From positions 1 through 63,936 of the forward strand of contig JAZOPN010000041.1 in the NCBI GenBank assembly GCA_045655565.1: DNA of 63,936 nt, given 5' to 3'. The translations under genes and the position numbers were made by a program. Below, piece after piece: positions 25,480-35,021 of this stretch. A model generated the notes under the pieces. That model saw only the letters and a list, made by a program, of their open reading frames with translations, searched no databases and had not been told where the DNA came from. The first letter of the stretch is position 1; every line of letters starts with the position of its first letter. The DNA is from Eubacteriales bacterium (GTDB lineage: Bacteria > Bacillota > Clostridia > Oscillospirales > CAG-272).

Positions 25480-27215
25480 TTCTCTGCCCCCTCTCTCTCG
25501 GTCGCACGCGACTGAGACTCGAATATCTCACGGTATGTGAGGCTGGTATCGAGAAGTTCGTCGTGTGTACCAATCGCTGTGATAGCACCATCGTCCATAA
25601 CAACTATCATATCGGCATCCTTTACTGAATTGATACGCTGGGCGATGATTATCTTGGTGCAGTCACCAAGCTCGGTGGCGAGGGCTGTCTGTATCTGCCT
25701 CTCGGTAGCGGTATCAACGGCACTTGTAGAGTCATCGAGGATAAGAACGCGAGGACGCTTCAAGAGTGCTCTTGCGATGCATAGACGTTGCTTCTGTCCA
25801 CCCGAAACATTCGCACCACCCTGCTCTATCTCGCTATCGTAGCCGTCCTTAAAGGACATAATAAACTTGTCAGCAGCGGCATAGGTAGCAAATTTTTGCA
25901 CTTCCTCGTCGGTGGAATCCGGGTCACCAAAACGCAGGTTCTCATAGATTGTACCCGAAAAGAGGACATTCTTCTGGAGCACCATACCAACGCCCTCACG
26001 CAGATGGTATAGTGAATAGTCACGGACATCAACACCGTCTATGAGGACGGCACCGCCGTCAACGTCATATAGTCTTGGTATCATAGATACAAGCGTGGTC
26101 TTGCCACATCCTGTCGAGCCGATAATACCAACGGTAGCACCTGCCGGAATATCGAGGTTAATGTGGTCTAGCTCAAGCTCGTCATTATCCTTGTAATAAC
26201 GGAATGTAACATCGCGAAAGGATATTGCACCGTTAGTGATGGCGAGGTCGGGATGCTTAGCACCCTCGTCGGTGATATCCGACTTCTCATCGAGAACCTC
26301 GGCTATACGCTTACCCGATGCCATAGCACGCGAGGTTATCATAAAGAGCATAGCAACCATCATAAGGCTGGATAGTATCTGGTTTACATAGGTTACGAAT
26401 GCCGAGAGGTCACCGATAGGCATACCGCCATCGAGGACAATTCCGCTACCGAACCATACAACGGCTATAATGGTAGCATACATAAACACGTTCATAAGCG
26501 GCATTATGAATATCATAAGCTTGGTTGCGTACATACCCGCTGCCTTAAGCCTAGAGTTGGCAGTGCCGAACTTATCGCACTCGAAGTCCTCGCGCACAAA
26601 TGATTTAACAACTCTTATATTGGTGATATTCTCCTGCACAGTGGCGTTTAGGCCATCGACGCTGGACTGCATACGTGCAAATCTCGGGAATGCAAGCGCA
26701 ATAAGGCAGGCAATGCTGATAAGCAGCATTGGCACTGTAACAGCGAGCACCAGCGATAGAGATGGCTGCATCGTGATAGCCATAATAAGGCCACCGATAA
26801 GCATACCCGGTGAGCGAAGCGCCATTCTAAGAAGCATATTTACAAAATTCTGAAGCTGGGTAACATCGTTAGTAAGTCTTGTGACAAGCGAGCCGGTCCT
26901 AAACTTATCTATGTTCGCAAAGGAGAAACGCTGTATTGCAGCGTAGGTGTCGCTTCTTAGGTCGGTGGCAAAGTTAACCGCCGCCTTAGCCCCGAAGTAA
27001 GCGCCACCGATACCCCCTGCCATCATCATAAGCGCGGTGAGTATCATAAGAAGCATAGAGCCTATGGATGTACCCACGCCGGAGGATGCGTTATTTATTA
27101 CATTAGCAAGCAGTCTCGGCATAAGCACCTCTCCGGCAACCTCGATAACCATACATAACGGCCCTAGGATGAAGTAAGGAAGATAGGGCTTAACATATTT
27201 TAGCCACCTTTTCAT
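25464..27215 (-). CDS. ABC exporter, fused permease/ATPase (heterodimer partner A)
   Basis: TM domain plus Walker A 'GSTGCGKTT', signature 'VSGGQKQ' and Walker B 'VLILDDSTS'. ATGA overlap with the MarR gene. Confidence 0.9.
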   Translation of the reverse strand: MKRWLKYVKPYLPYFILGPLCMVIEVAGEVLMPRLLANVINNASSGVGTSIGSMLLMILTALMMMAGGIGGAYFGAKAAVNFATDLRSDTYAAIQRFSFANIDKFRTGSLVTRLTNDVTQLQNFVNMLLRMALRSPGMLIGGLIMAITMQPSLSLVLAVTVPMLLISIACLIALAFPRFARMQSSVDGLNATVQENITNIRVVKSFVREDFECDKFGTANSRLKAAGMYATKLMIFIMPLMNVFMYATIIAVVWFGSGIVLDGGMPIGDLSAFVTYVNQILSSLMMVAMLFMITSRAMASGKRIAEVLDEKSDITDEGAKHPDLAITNGAISFRDVTFRYYKDNDELELDHINLDIPAGATVGIIGSTGCGKTTLVSMIPRLYDVDGGAVLIDGVDVRDYSLYHLREGVGMVLQKNVLFSGTIYENLRFGDPDSTDEEVQKFATYAAADKFIMSFKDGYDSEIEQGGANVSGGQKQRLCIARALLKRPRVLILDDSTSAVDTATERQIQTALATELGDCTKIIIAQRINSVKDADMIVVMDDGAITAIGTHDELLDTSLTYREIFESQSRATEREGAEKWQEA

Positions 27216-27655
27216 TTTTTCTCCTCTCTAGCACTTAGGCTTAGTTGAATTTTTTCTAGGGCGCGGATATACACCTGAAGCTCCCCCTCGGTGAAATCCT
27301 GAAACATCGCCTGGTCGACCTCGTGAAAAAGCTCACGCGACCTGATGACGGTATTATGCCCTTTCTCGGTTAGGGTTATTTCCTTAAAGCGTGTGTCACG
27401 ACCTGTGGTGCGAGTTATGTAGCCGTCGCGCTCAAGGTTCTTTAGATGACCCGTAACGGCAGCAGGGGTTATCGAGAAGCGCTCGGCAAGCTCTCTTTGC
27501 GAGGGGCTGTTCTTCACTCTCGAAAGATGCATAAGAAGCATATGGGCGGTGCGGTGCAGACCGATGTCTCGCACCCTCTCATCAATGAGGTGACGGTGCG
27601 TCCTATCGGTGTGCATCATCATATGTATCGCCCTATCAACAAGGCTATCCTTCAT
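27212..27655 (-). CDS. MarR family transcriptional regulator
   Basis: 147 aa. Winged-HTH block 'SQRELAERFSITPAAVTGHLKNLERDGYITR'. AGGAGG ribosome-binding site. First gene of the exporter operon. Confidence 0.85.
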   Translation of the reverse strand: MKDSLVDRAIHMMMHTDRTHRHLIDERVRDIGLHRTAHMLLMHLSRVKNSPSQRELAERFSITPAAVTGHLKNLERDGYITRTTGRDTRFKEITLTEKGHNTVIRSRELFHEVDQAMFQDFTEGELQVYIRALEKIQLSLSAREEKK

Positions 27656-27782
27656 TTATCCTCCTATTAATTTAGTACTTAACAATTAAGTTCTTAATTA
27701 TTATAGCAATGAGGTAATGAAAAGTCAATATAATATTTACTATTTTTTATACTGTTTTCAAATTGTTAAAAATCAAACAAAA

Positions 27783-27830
27783 GCACAGGAAACCGAGCAC
27801 AAATTCAAGTGTCAATCTCCTGTGTTTTTT
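27783..27830. terminator. possible terminator downstream of argF (large loop)
   Basis: gcacagga (27783-27790) / tcctgtgt (27818-27825) with a 27-nt loop. T6 follows on the plus strand and CTTTTGTTTG on the minus strand. Confidence 0.35.
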
Positions 27831-27852
27831 GTATATTTATATGTTATTCAGA

Positions 27853-28839
27853 TTACTTCAAGGTTGCGAGCATTACTGCCTTTATGGTGTGCATTCTGTT
27901 CTCAGCCTCATCAAAGACTATTGATGCCTCGCTCTCGAATACCTCGTCGGTTACCTCCATACAGTCGATGCCGAACTTCTCGTGTATCTCTTTTCCCACC
28001 TTAGTATTGAGGTCGTGGAATGCGGGTAGACAGTGCATAAAGCGGCAGCCCTCGCCTGCGTTTTCCATTATCTCCTTGGTCACGCGATATGGGGATAGCT
28101 CTTTAATACGGCAGTCCCACACCTCATCCGGCTCGCCCATAGATACCCATACATCGGTATATATGATGTTCGCGCCCTTAGTAGCCTCAATAGGATCTTC
28201 GGAGAATTCCAGTGTCGCGCCTGTCTCTAGGGCAATTTTCTCGCACTCGGCAATAAGCTCGGGCGAGGGGTAATAGTCACGGGGCGCGCAGGCAACGAAT
28301 GACATACCCATTTTGGCGCAACCGACCATAAGCGAGTTGCCCATATTATAACGAGCATCACCCATATATACCAGCCTGATACCCTTTAGAGTGCCGAAAT
28401 GCTCCTTTATCGTCATAAAGTCGGCAAGTATCTGTGTCGGGTGGAACTCGTTGGTTAGACCATTCCAGACCGGGACCCCGGCATACTTAGCAAGTTCTTC
28501 AACTATCTGCTGAGCATAGCCGCGGTATTCTATACCATCGTACATTCTGCCGAGCACGCGTGCGGTGTCTGCAATGCTCTCTTTCTTGCCTATCTGCGAG
28601 GCATCGGGAGAGAGGTATGTCGCGTGCATGCCGAGGTCGTGTGCCGCGACCTCAAAGGCGCAACGAGTACGGGTACTTGTCTTTTCAAAAATCAAGGCAA
28701 CATTCTTGCCGACAAGATGCTGATGTTGAATGCCTGCTTTCTTCTCTGCCTTTAGTTGAATGGCTAGGTCGATAAGCCCATTTATCTCTTCGGGGGTGAG
28801 GTCAAGCAGTTTCAAAAAATTCTTTCCTGTTAGGTTCAT
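27853..28839 (-). CDS. argF: ornithine carbamoyltransferase
   Basis: 'STRTR' carbamoyl-phosphate motif ([13 protein letters not shown]) and 'HCLPA' ornithine motif. 328 aa. Adjacent to argH and argG. Confidence 0.9.
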   Translation of the reverse strand: MNLTGKNFLKLLDLTPEEINGLIDLAIQLKAEKKAGIQHQHLVGKNVALIFEKTSTRTRCAFEVAAHDLGMHATYLSPDASQIGKKESIADTARVLGRMYDGIEYRGYAQQIVEELAKYAGVPVWNGLTNEFHPTQILADFMTIKEHFGTLKGIRLVYMGDARYNMGNSLMVGCAKMGMSFVACAPRDYYPSPELIAECEKIALETGATLEFSEDPIEATKGANIIYTDVWVSMGEPDEVWDCRIKELSPYRVTKEIMENAGEGCRFMHCLPAFHDLNTKVGKEIHEKFGIDCMEVTDEVFESEASIVFDEAENRMHTIKAVMLATLK

Positions 28840-28893
28840 AATATCCTCCGCGAGGGTGTGGTATATGCCATGACACGCCTCAATCTTATACTA

Positions 28894-30267
28894 TTACTTA
28901 ATAATTTTTCTAATATATGCGATCTGTGCCTCGACAGAGCCAACAGATGTGCCGCCCTCTGATATGCGCTTAGCGACACAGGTCTCAAGTGAGATTTCCT
29001 TATACACATCGGTGTCAAAAAGCTCGCTCGCTGTCCTATACTTCTCTATCGGATAGGTGTCAAGGACATAGCCGGATTTAATACAGTCAGCGACAATACC
29101 GCCCGAAATCTTATAGGCAGAGCGGAACGGCATACCACGCTTTACAAGGTAGTCGGCAAGGTCGGTCGCGTTTATGAAGCCACCCTGTGCGGCACGATAC
29201 ATATTTTCCTTGATAGCAGTCATTCCCGATACCATACCTGCGAATATCTCAAGGCAAAGCTTTGCGGTATCAACAGCATCGAATACGCTCTCTTTATCCT
29301 CTTGCATATCCTTGTTATAGGCGAGGGGGAGCGACTTCAGTGTCGTGAAGAGCGATATCATATCACCATATACCCTGCCGCACTTGCCGCGCACAAGTTC
29401 TGCCATATCGGGGTTTTTCTTCTGTGGCATAATTGAGGAGCCTGTGGTAAAGGCATCGGATAGTTCGACAAACTTAAACTCCCAACTAGACCATAGGATA
29501 ATCTCCTCGCTAAAGCGAGATAGGTGCATCATCATTATTGATAGCGTGCTCATTAACTCGAGGGCAAAGTCACGGTCAGATACACCATCGAGAGAGTTAA
29601 GGCAGATGCTATCAAAGCCGAGCTTCTCAGCCTCAAAGCGACGGTCGGTGTCATAGGTCGTGCCCGCAAGAGCGCAAGAGCCTATGGGTGATACATTCAT
29701 ACGACGACGGCAGTCGGCTATCCTATCGAGGTCGCGACTAAGCATCATTGCATACGCCATGAGGTGTTGACCAAATGTGATAGGCTGTGCACGCTGGAGA
29801 TGTGTATAACCCGGCATAATAACCGCCTTATACTCCTCCGCCTTATCGGTGATAACCGCGAGAAGCGACTTTATAAGCAGTGTTATCTCATCGCACTCCG
29901 AGCGAAGATACATACGCACATCCAGCGCAACCTGGTCATTACGAGAGCGAGCAGTGTGTAGCTTCTTTCCTACCTCGCCAATTCTCTCGGTGAGCACCGC
30001 CTCAACAAACATATGTATATCCTCTGCCGACATATCAAAATCAAGCTTGCCCGCTTCGAGGTCGGCAAGTATGCCGGACAAACCATCTATCAGAGCGTCT
30101 GCCTCGGGCGTGGTAATTATTCCCTGCTTCGCCAGCATAGCCGCATGTGCCATACTGCCCATAATATCCTGTCTATACATCCTTTTATCAAAGCGAATGG
30201 ATGAATTGAAGTCGTCTGCTAACTTATCTGTGTTGCCGTCTGTGCGGCCTGCCCACATTTTTGCCAT
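28894..30267 (-). CDS. argH: argininosuccinate lyase
   Basis: Fumarate-lyase signature 'GSSIMPQKKNPD'. Start set at ATG 30267 (MAKMWAGRTDG), because the longer ORF runs into an upstream hairpin. Confidence 0.92.
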   Translation of the reverse strand: MAKMWAGRTDGNTDKLADDFNSSIRFDKRMYRQDIMGSMAHAAMLAKQGIITTPEADALIDGLSGILADLEAGKLDFDMSAEDIHMFVEAVLTERIGEVGKKLHTARSRNDQVALDVRMYLRSECDEITLLIKSLLAVITDKAEEYKAVIMPGYTHLQRAQPITFGQHLMAYAMMLSRDLDRIADCRRRMNVSPIGSCALAGTTYDTDRRFEAEKLGFDSICLNSLDGVSDRDFALELMSTLSIMMMHLSRFSEEIILWSSWEFKFVELSDAFTTGSSIMPQKKNPDMAELVRGKCGRVYGDMISLFTTLKSLPLAYNKDMQEDKESVFDAVDTAKLCLEIFAGMVSGMTAIKENMYRAAQGGFINATDLADYLVKRGMPFRSAYKISGGIVADCIKSGYVLDTYPIEKYRTASELFDTDVYKEISLETCVAKRISEGGTSVGSVEAQIAYIRKIIK

Positions 30268-30506
30268 GTTAATTTGTCCTTTTATCTTGATAGGGGGATG
30301 ACAAGTCATCCCCCGATTTTTTATTGTTTGTTTTAGATGAACTGCGTATTAGGCGCGAATTTTGACTATATTCAAGTTTGCAATAATCAAACTTTGATGA
30401 GGAAATTTTGATGGGTAATACAGGATTGGAACCCGAAGCAATAGATTTCTATTGCGAGTTTGGTGACAATCGTGCATTAGGCGCAAAATTTACCGTCAAG
30501 AAACCG

Positions 30507-31724
30507 TCAAAATTTGCCGTCAATCATAGCCTGAACCTTAATCGGCAGTCCCCAAAGATTGATGAAGCCCTCGGCATCCTGCTGGTTGTAGTCACTCTCA
30601 CCGAATGTTGCAATATCCTCGGAGTAGAGCGAATATGGAGACCATACACCGGCATTTATGATATTACCCTTATAGAGCTTGAGTTTAACCTTACCTGTAA
30701 CTTTCTCCTGAGTCTTATCTACAAATGCGGATAGTGCCTCGCGAAGAGGTGTGAACCACTGACCGTTGTAAACAAGCTCTGCGAAGGTAATAGAAAGCTT
30801 CTGCTTCTCGTGGAGAGTCATCTTATCAAGACAGATGCTCTCAAGAACGGAATGTGCCTTATAAAGGATTGTTCCGCCGGGAGTCTCATACACGCCACGG
30901 CACTTCATACCAACAAGACGGTTCTCTACGATGTCGATAATACCGATGCCGTTCTGACCACCAAGCTCGTTAAGCTTGAGAATGATTTCCTTAGCGCTCA
31001 TCTCTACACCGTCAATAGCTGTTGGTACACCTTGCACGAAGTCGAGAGTAACATAGGTGGGAGTGTCGGGAGCCATAAGTGGCGATACACCCATCTCAAG
31101 GAAGCCGGGCTTCTCATACTGAGGCTCGTTGCCTGTATCCTCAAGGTCCAGACCCTCGTGAGAGAGATGCCATAGGTTCTTATCCTTAGAGTAGTTGGTC
31201 TCGCGGTTAATCTTAAGCGGAATACCGTGAGCCTCAGCATACTCAATTTCCTCCTCGCGAGACTTTATGTCCCACTCACGCCAAGGAGCGATAATATGCA
31301 TAGATGGAGCGAAATGCTTAATAGCAAGCTCGAAACGCACCTGGTCATTACCCTTGCCCGTGCAACCGTGGCAGATAGCGTCTGCCCCCTCCTTGATTGC
31401 TATCTCAACAAGTCCCTTTGCAATACAAGGACGAGCGTGGCTTGTACCGAGAAGATAGTCCTCGTAAACAGCACCTGCCTTCATTGTGGGAATTATGTAA
31501 TCGTCAACATACTCGTCGGTGAGGTCGAGGACATAGAGCTTAGACGCTCCTGTCATAATAGCCTTTTCCTCAAGCCCCTCAAGCTCATCAGCCTGACCTA
31601 CATTACCCGAAACCGCGATAACCTCGCAGTTGTTGTAGTTCTCCTTAAGCCACGGAATAATAATAGAGGTGTCAAGTCCTCCGGAATATGCCAAAACAAC
31701 CTTTTTGATATCTTTCTTGTTCAT
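30507..31724 (-). CDS. argG: argininosuccinate synthase
   Basis: 'AYSGGLDTS' ATP-binding motif. Start at ATG 31724 (AGGAGG 9 nt upstream), downstream of the mapped promoter. Confidence 0.95.
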   Translation of the reverse strand: MNKKDIKKVVLAYSGGLDTSIIIPWLKENYNNCEVIAVSGNVGQADELEGLEEKAIMTGASKLYVLDLTDEYVDDYIIPTMKAGAVYEDYLLGTSHARPCIAKGLVEIAIKEGADAICHGCTGKGNDQVRFELAIKHFAPSMHIIAPWREWDIKSREEEIEYAEAHGIPLKINRETNYSKDKNLWHLSHEGLDLEDTGNEPQYEKPGFLEMGVSPLMAPDTPTYVTLDFVQGVPTAIDGVEMSAKEIILKLNELGGQNGIGIIDIVENRLVGMKCRGVYETPGGTILYKAHSVLESICLDKMTLHEKQKLSITFAELVYNGQWFTPLREALSAFVDKTQEKVTGKVKLKLYKGNIINAGVWSPYSLYSEDIATFGESDYNQQDAEGFINLWGLPIKVQAMIDGKF

Positions 31725-31742
31725 CTCAGTGAACCTCCTGAT

Positions 31743-31788
31743 TGAATAAATATGCATCAATTTTAGCATATAAATTCATATATGTCAA
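31743..31788 (-). promoter_or_regulatory. argG promoter with two ARG boxes (ArgR/AhrC operator)
   Basis: Minus-strand TTGACA (31783-31788), 17-bp spacer, TAAAAT (31760-31765). Box B AGCATATAAATTCA (31765-31778) lies in the spacer. Box A TGAATAAATATGCA (31743-31756) covers the predicted transcription start. Both fit TGmAT-wwww-ATkCA and their centres are 22 bp apart. Confidence 0.7.
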
Positions 31789-31960
31789 CCCCTTTTCCAA
31801 AAAAAGTGCAAAAAGAACGAAAGTCTATGAAAAACATACTATTTATTAGTAATAAAAGTCCTTAGTTTGTGCACTTTGCTACTTAAATATTTATGCGCAC
31901 ACGAGGAATTTATGCGTTTTCTTCGTGCATATATGCAATTTTTATGCACAATTTCTGCAT

Positions 31961-31990
31961 AAAAATAGCAGGTGCACTAAATGCACCTGC
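31961..31990 (-). terminator. intrinsic terminator after the Ldh2-family gene
   Basis: gcaggtgca (31968-31976) / tgcacctgc (31982-31990). The minus strand then reads TATTTTTA. Confidence 0.75.
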
Positions 31991-32000
31991 CCATCTTTTT

Positions 32001-33041
32001 TTATTTAAGTCCTAATTCTACTTCTAAAGCATCTATATCACTAAGAGTTGCGTCTGCCACATCGACCTCGCCATCACTAAGGCAGAGAGCTCGTGAGATA
32101 TGCTCCTTCTCACCAGGGTAATATATGCTATCTACACCTTGCGCACGCTTAGATGCCTTGATATCATCTATCATCTTCTCTATTCTCTTGGAATACTCTT
32201 CTACACTATCAAATTTCGAGATATCTACCGCCAAGAACATATGACCAACATCGCCCTTACCATCCGAGGTCGCGCACCAAGCGGAGGCATCCTTTGTAAT
32301 AGATGCATTAGCGAGGGCTGAGGCAAAGCACTCAACCATAAGAGCAAGTCCATATCCCTTGTAACCACCAAATGGCAGAAGAACACCACCATTTAGATAA
32401 TCGTTCGGGTTGTTGGTCGGTCTTCCCTCTTGGTCTATCATCCAACCGTCGGGCGCACTCACGCCCTTCTTGCTCATCTCGATTATCTTCATATCAGAGC
32501 CCATGCTCATCGCGATATCATAAACAATGGAGTTGTATTTACCTGCCGGTGCGGCGTATGACATAGGGTTATTACCTATTGCCTTCTCACACGCGCCTGT
32601 GGGTGCAATCATAATATCACCATTACTCATAGAGATACCGAGCATTCCCTGCTTTGCGCACATTTCGGTATAATAACCTGCCGCGCCAAAATGACGCGAG
32701 CCACGAACTGCCACAAGTCCTACGCCTGTATTCTTCGCCTTTTCGATAGCAAGCTCGGTCGCCTTATAGGATGCGACTATTCCATGTGAATGGGAAGCAT
32801 CAAGAAGCGCAATTGATGGAAGGTCGACCACACGCTTAATCTCCGCCATAGGGATTATTCCACCGCCTCTTACGCATTTTGCATATCTCGATACGCGCAG
32901 ATAGCCGTGTGTCTTAAGTCCCTTAATCTCCGTGTCGGTAAGCACCTCACAAACAATATTGGCTCTTTCCTCATCGAAGCCTAGTGCGAGGAATATCTTC
33001 CTTACTCTTTCCTTAATCTCCAAAACTTTTACTTTGCTCAT
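32001..33041 (-). CDS. Ldh2 family (malate/L-lactate/ureidoglycolate-type) NAD(P)H oxidoreductase
   Basis: 346 aa. N-terminal 'VLTDTEIKGLKTHGYLRVSRY' and central 'RHFGAAGYY' blocks are typical of the Ldh_2 family. Confidence 0.8.
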   Translation of the reverse strand: MSKVKVLEIKERVRKIFLALGFDEERANIVCEVLTDTEIKGLKTHGYLRVSRYAKCVRGGGIIPMAEIKRVVDLPSIALLDASHSHGIVASYKATELAIEKAKNTGVGLVAVRGSRHFGAAGYYTEMCAKQGMLGISMSNGDIMIAPTGACEKAIGNNPMSYAAPAGKYNSIVYDIAMSMGSDMKIIEMSKKGVSAPDGWMIDQEGRPTNNPNDYLNGGVLLPFGGYKGYGLALMVECFASALANASITKDASAWCATSDGKGDVGHMFLAVDISKFDSVEEYSKRIEKMIDDIKASKRAQGVDSIYYPGEKEHISRALCLSDGEVDVADATLSDIDALEVELGLK

Positions 33042-33043
33042 TT

Positions 33044-33847
33044 TTAATTACCTCTCTTATCTGTTGATATTAGTTCATTGTATTTTAATAGTGTGCGGTC
33101 TAGATGCTCTCCCCAAGCGGTGGGATCTAGGAATGTGTTGCGCCCGGTAGCAAGCATCTCTTCATATCTTTTTCTGACATCAAGGTCACCGTTATGATTT
33201 CCCATCATAACATCCACGCGCTCCAGGCGTAGGCGTTCTATAACCTCAGGAAATCCTATGCGCCACTTGTCGCTAATGCCGTATTTATCGAGGTGCTCAT
33301 ATCTCATTGACAGCATTCCTGAGCCACCCATAATACCGGAGCGAAGTGTGCGCTCACCATCGGTTACATCAAGGAAATACGACATAGTTCCCGGGGTATG
33401 TCCCGGTGTATGTAGCGCAGTTATCGTAGTGTTGCCGAGGGTGATAACATCTCCATCGTTCAATAGAACATCCGGCTCAAAGAAGTCGGCAGTTGCCATA
33501 TTCATCTCTTCGGCATACGAGGAATTCACCCTACCTGTGACCATATCATAATCCAACTCTCCTATATAGGTCTTAGCACCTGTCAGCCTCACAAGGCGAG
33601 CTGTACCACCTACATGGTCGACATGGCCGTGGGTATGTAATATTATTTTTATATCAGAAAGACTGAAGCCGAGGCGCTCCACCTTTTCAATCATATTTGT
33701 ATAAAGGTCTGGGTATTGTGTATCTATCACAATTAGCCCCTCACCTGTGTCGATAAGATGCACACCGGCAGCACGCGTACCTATAAAGTATAGGTTTCCA
33801 AAAATTCTGAATGGGCCGTAGTCGTCAGGATCACGGTTAGAACTCAT
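33044..33847 (-). CDS. metallo-beta-lactamase-fold hydrolase
   Basis: 'HTHGHVDHVGG' metal-binding motif, with later 'HTPGHTPG' and 'GNHNGD' ligand blocks. Confidence 0.85.
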   Translation of the reverse strand: MSSNRDPDDYGPFRIFGNLYFIGTRAAGVHLIDTGEGLIVIDTQYPDLYTNMIEKVERLGFSLSDIKIILHTHGHVDHVGGTARLVRLTGAKTYIGELDYDMVTGRVNSSYAEEMNMATADFFEPDVLLNDGDVITLGNTTITALHTPGHTPGTMSYFLDVTDGERTLRSGIMGGSGMLSMRYEHLDKYGISDKWRIGFPEVIERLRLERVDVMMGNHNGDLDVRKRYEEMLATGRNTFLDPTAWGEHLDRTLLKYNELISTDKRGN

Positions 33848-33869
33848 TTTTTATCCTTCCTTTCATTGC

Positions 33870-33898
33870 TTGACAATAGTCATATATTGGTTTATAAT
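33870..33898 (+). promoter_or_regulatory. consensus sigma-A promoter for the AraC-family gene
   Basis: TTGACA (33870-33875), 17-bp spacer, TATAAT (33893-33898). Both hexamers are perfect. Confidence 0.65.
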
Positions 33899-33927
33899 AG
33901 TTTTGTAAGTTTTTTTCGGAGGGCTTT

Positions 33928-34782
33928 ATGGAGCTTATAAAAACTGCCGACATAGGGCTAAGAGATGACAACGCGCCTATACACAGCCACGCATATGCCG
34001 AGCTATTCATCTCGCTCGGTGGCACTGCCGTAAACAATATTAACGGAGCATACACCGACACGGGGCCTCTCGATGTCTATGTTCTAACAGACGATGTGGT
34101 GCACGCGCAGTTGCGCACGGTAAATTACAGGTATTGCATATTTAAGTTTAATATGAATGTACTGCTCGAGCGATGCGGGGATATGCTAGCCGACAAAACA
34201 TTCCACTCTATATTTGTGCGCGAGCCAAGCCTCAGACGGCAAGGCGCAAAAATTGTGAATATGCGTATAGACAAGGATGTTGCCGAGTTTGCAGAGAAGA
34301 CCGCCGTAATACTCGGCAGCGAGAACGACCCAGAACTGCGCGACACGCTTTTCCTTTCGCTTGTGATGCTACTTACAAAAAGGGCAAAGCCCAGAGATCT
34401 CGGAGAATGTGATGAGGAATATGGCAGGATAGCCAGCATCGCATCATATATTGATGCACACTGCGATGAGGATATGTCACTAGAGGTACTCGCGGAGATG
34501 GCTAGCTATTCGAGACGACACTTTACACGACTATTCCGAAAATACTACGGCAGCTCGGTGATGGAATATGTGCGAGAGAGACGCCTGATGCATTCCTGCG
34601 AGGTTTTGCTCTCCGAGACGGCAAGCATATCTGATATTGCGCTAATGTGTGGCTTCTCTACTATAAGTGCCTTCTCAAGATGCTTCAAACAAAAATATGG
34701 AGTATCGCCCACCGATTACAGAAAGAACAAACTCATATCCGGGCGTGAAAATAGTCTTTTAGGTGGTGCTATACTAGAATAA
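33928..34782 (+). CDS. AraC family transcriptional regulator (cupin-like N-domain plus HTH)
   Basis: C-terminal double HTH 'SRRHFTRLFRKYYGSSVMEYVRERRL...ISDIALMCGFSTISAFSRCFKQKYGVSPTDYR'. Divergent from the MBL/Ldh2 pair. Confidence 0.85.
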   Translation: MELIKTADIGLRDDNAPIHSHAYAELFISLGGTAVNNINGAYTDTGPLDVYVLTDDVVHAQLRTVNYRYCIFKFNMNVLLERCGDMLADKTFHSIFVREPSLRRQGAKIVNMRIDKDVAEFAEKTAVILGSENDPELRDTLFLSLVMLLTKRAKPRDLGECDEEYGRIASIASYIDAHCDEDMSLEVLAEMASYSRRHFTRLFRKYYGSSVMEYVRERRLMHSCEVLLSETASISDIALMCGFSTISAFSRCFKQKYGVSPTDYRKNKLISGRENSLLGGAILE

Positions 34783-34953
34783 ATCCAGTATACAAGGTTA
34801 TAGTATCACAGGATTATAGGCTCAAGCAAGAAAACCACGGACACATTTTTGTCAAATCGGGTCATGACATAAAAAATCCGTGACCCTAAACGGTCGATAC
34901 CGCTCGATAAATATGTCGAATTTCTGAATTTATATGAAAATACACTTTTACCC

Positions 34954-34982
34954 TTGCAATTTGCATATTATTGGTGTATAAT
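34954..34982 (+). promoter_or_regulatory. sigma-A promoter for yajC
   Basis: TTGCAA (34954-34959), 17-bp spacer, TATAAT (34977-34982) preceded by TG. Confidence 0.6.
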
Positions 34983-35021
34983 TAATGGGTACAAAGTTAG
35001 TAAAACGAAAGGATTATTATA

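Noticed and set aside
30408-30734. 108-aa plus-strand ORF, and a tRNA-like looking string 'caggattggaacccgaag' (about 30421-30438)
   Set aside because: The ORF mostly overlaps the 3' end of argG in antisense. The string does not sit in a cloverleaf (no acceptor or anticodon arms can be drawn), so there is no tRNA.
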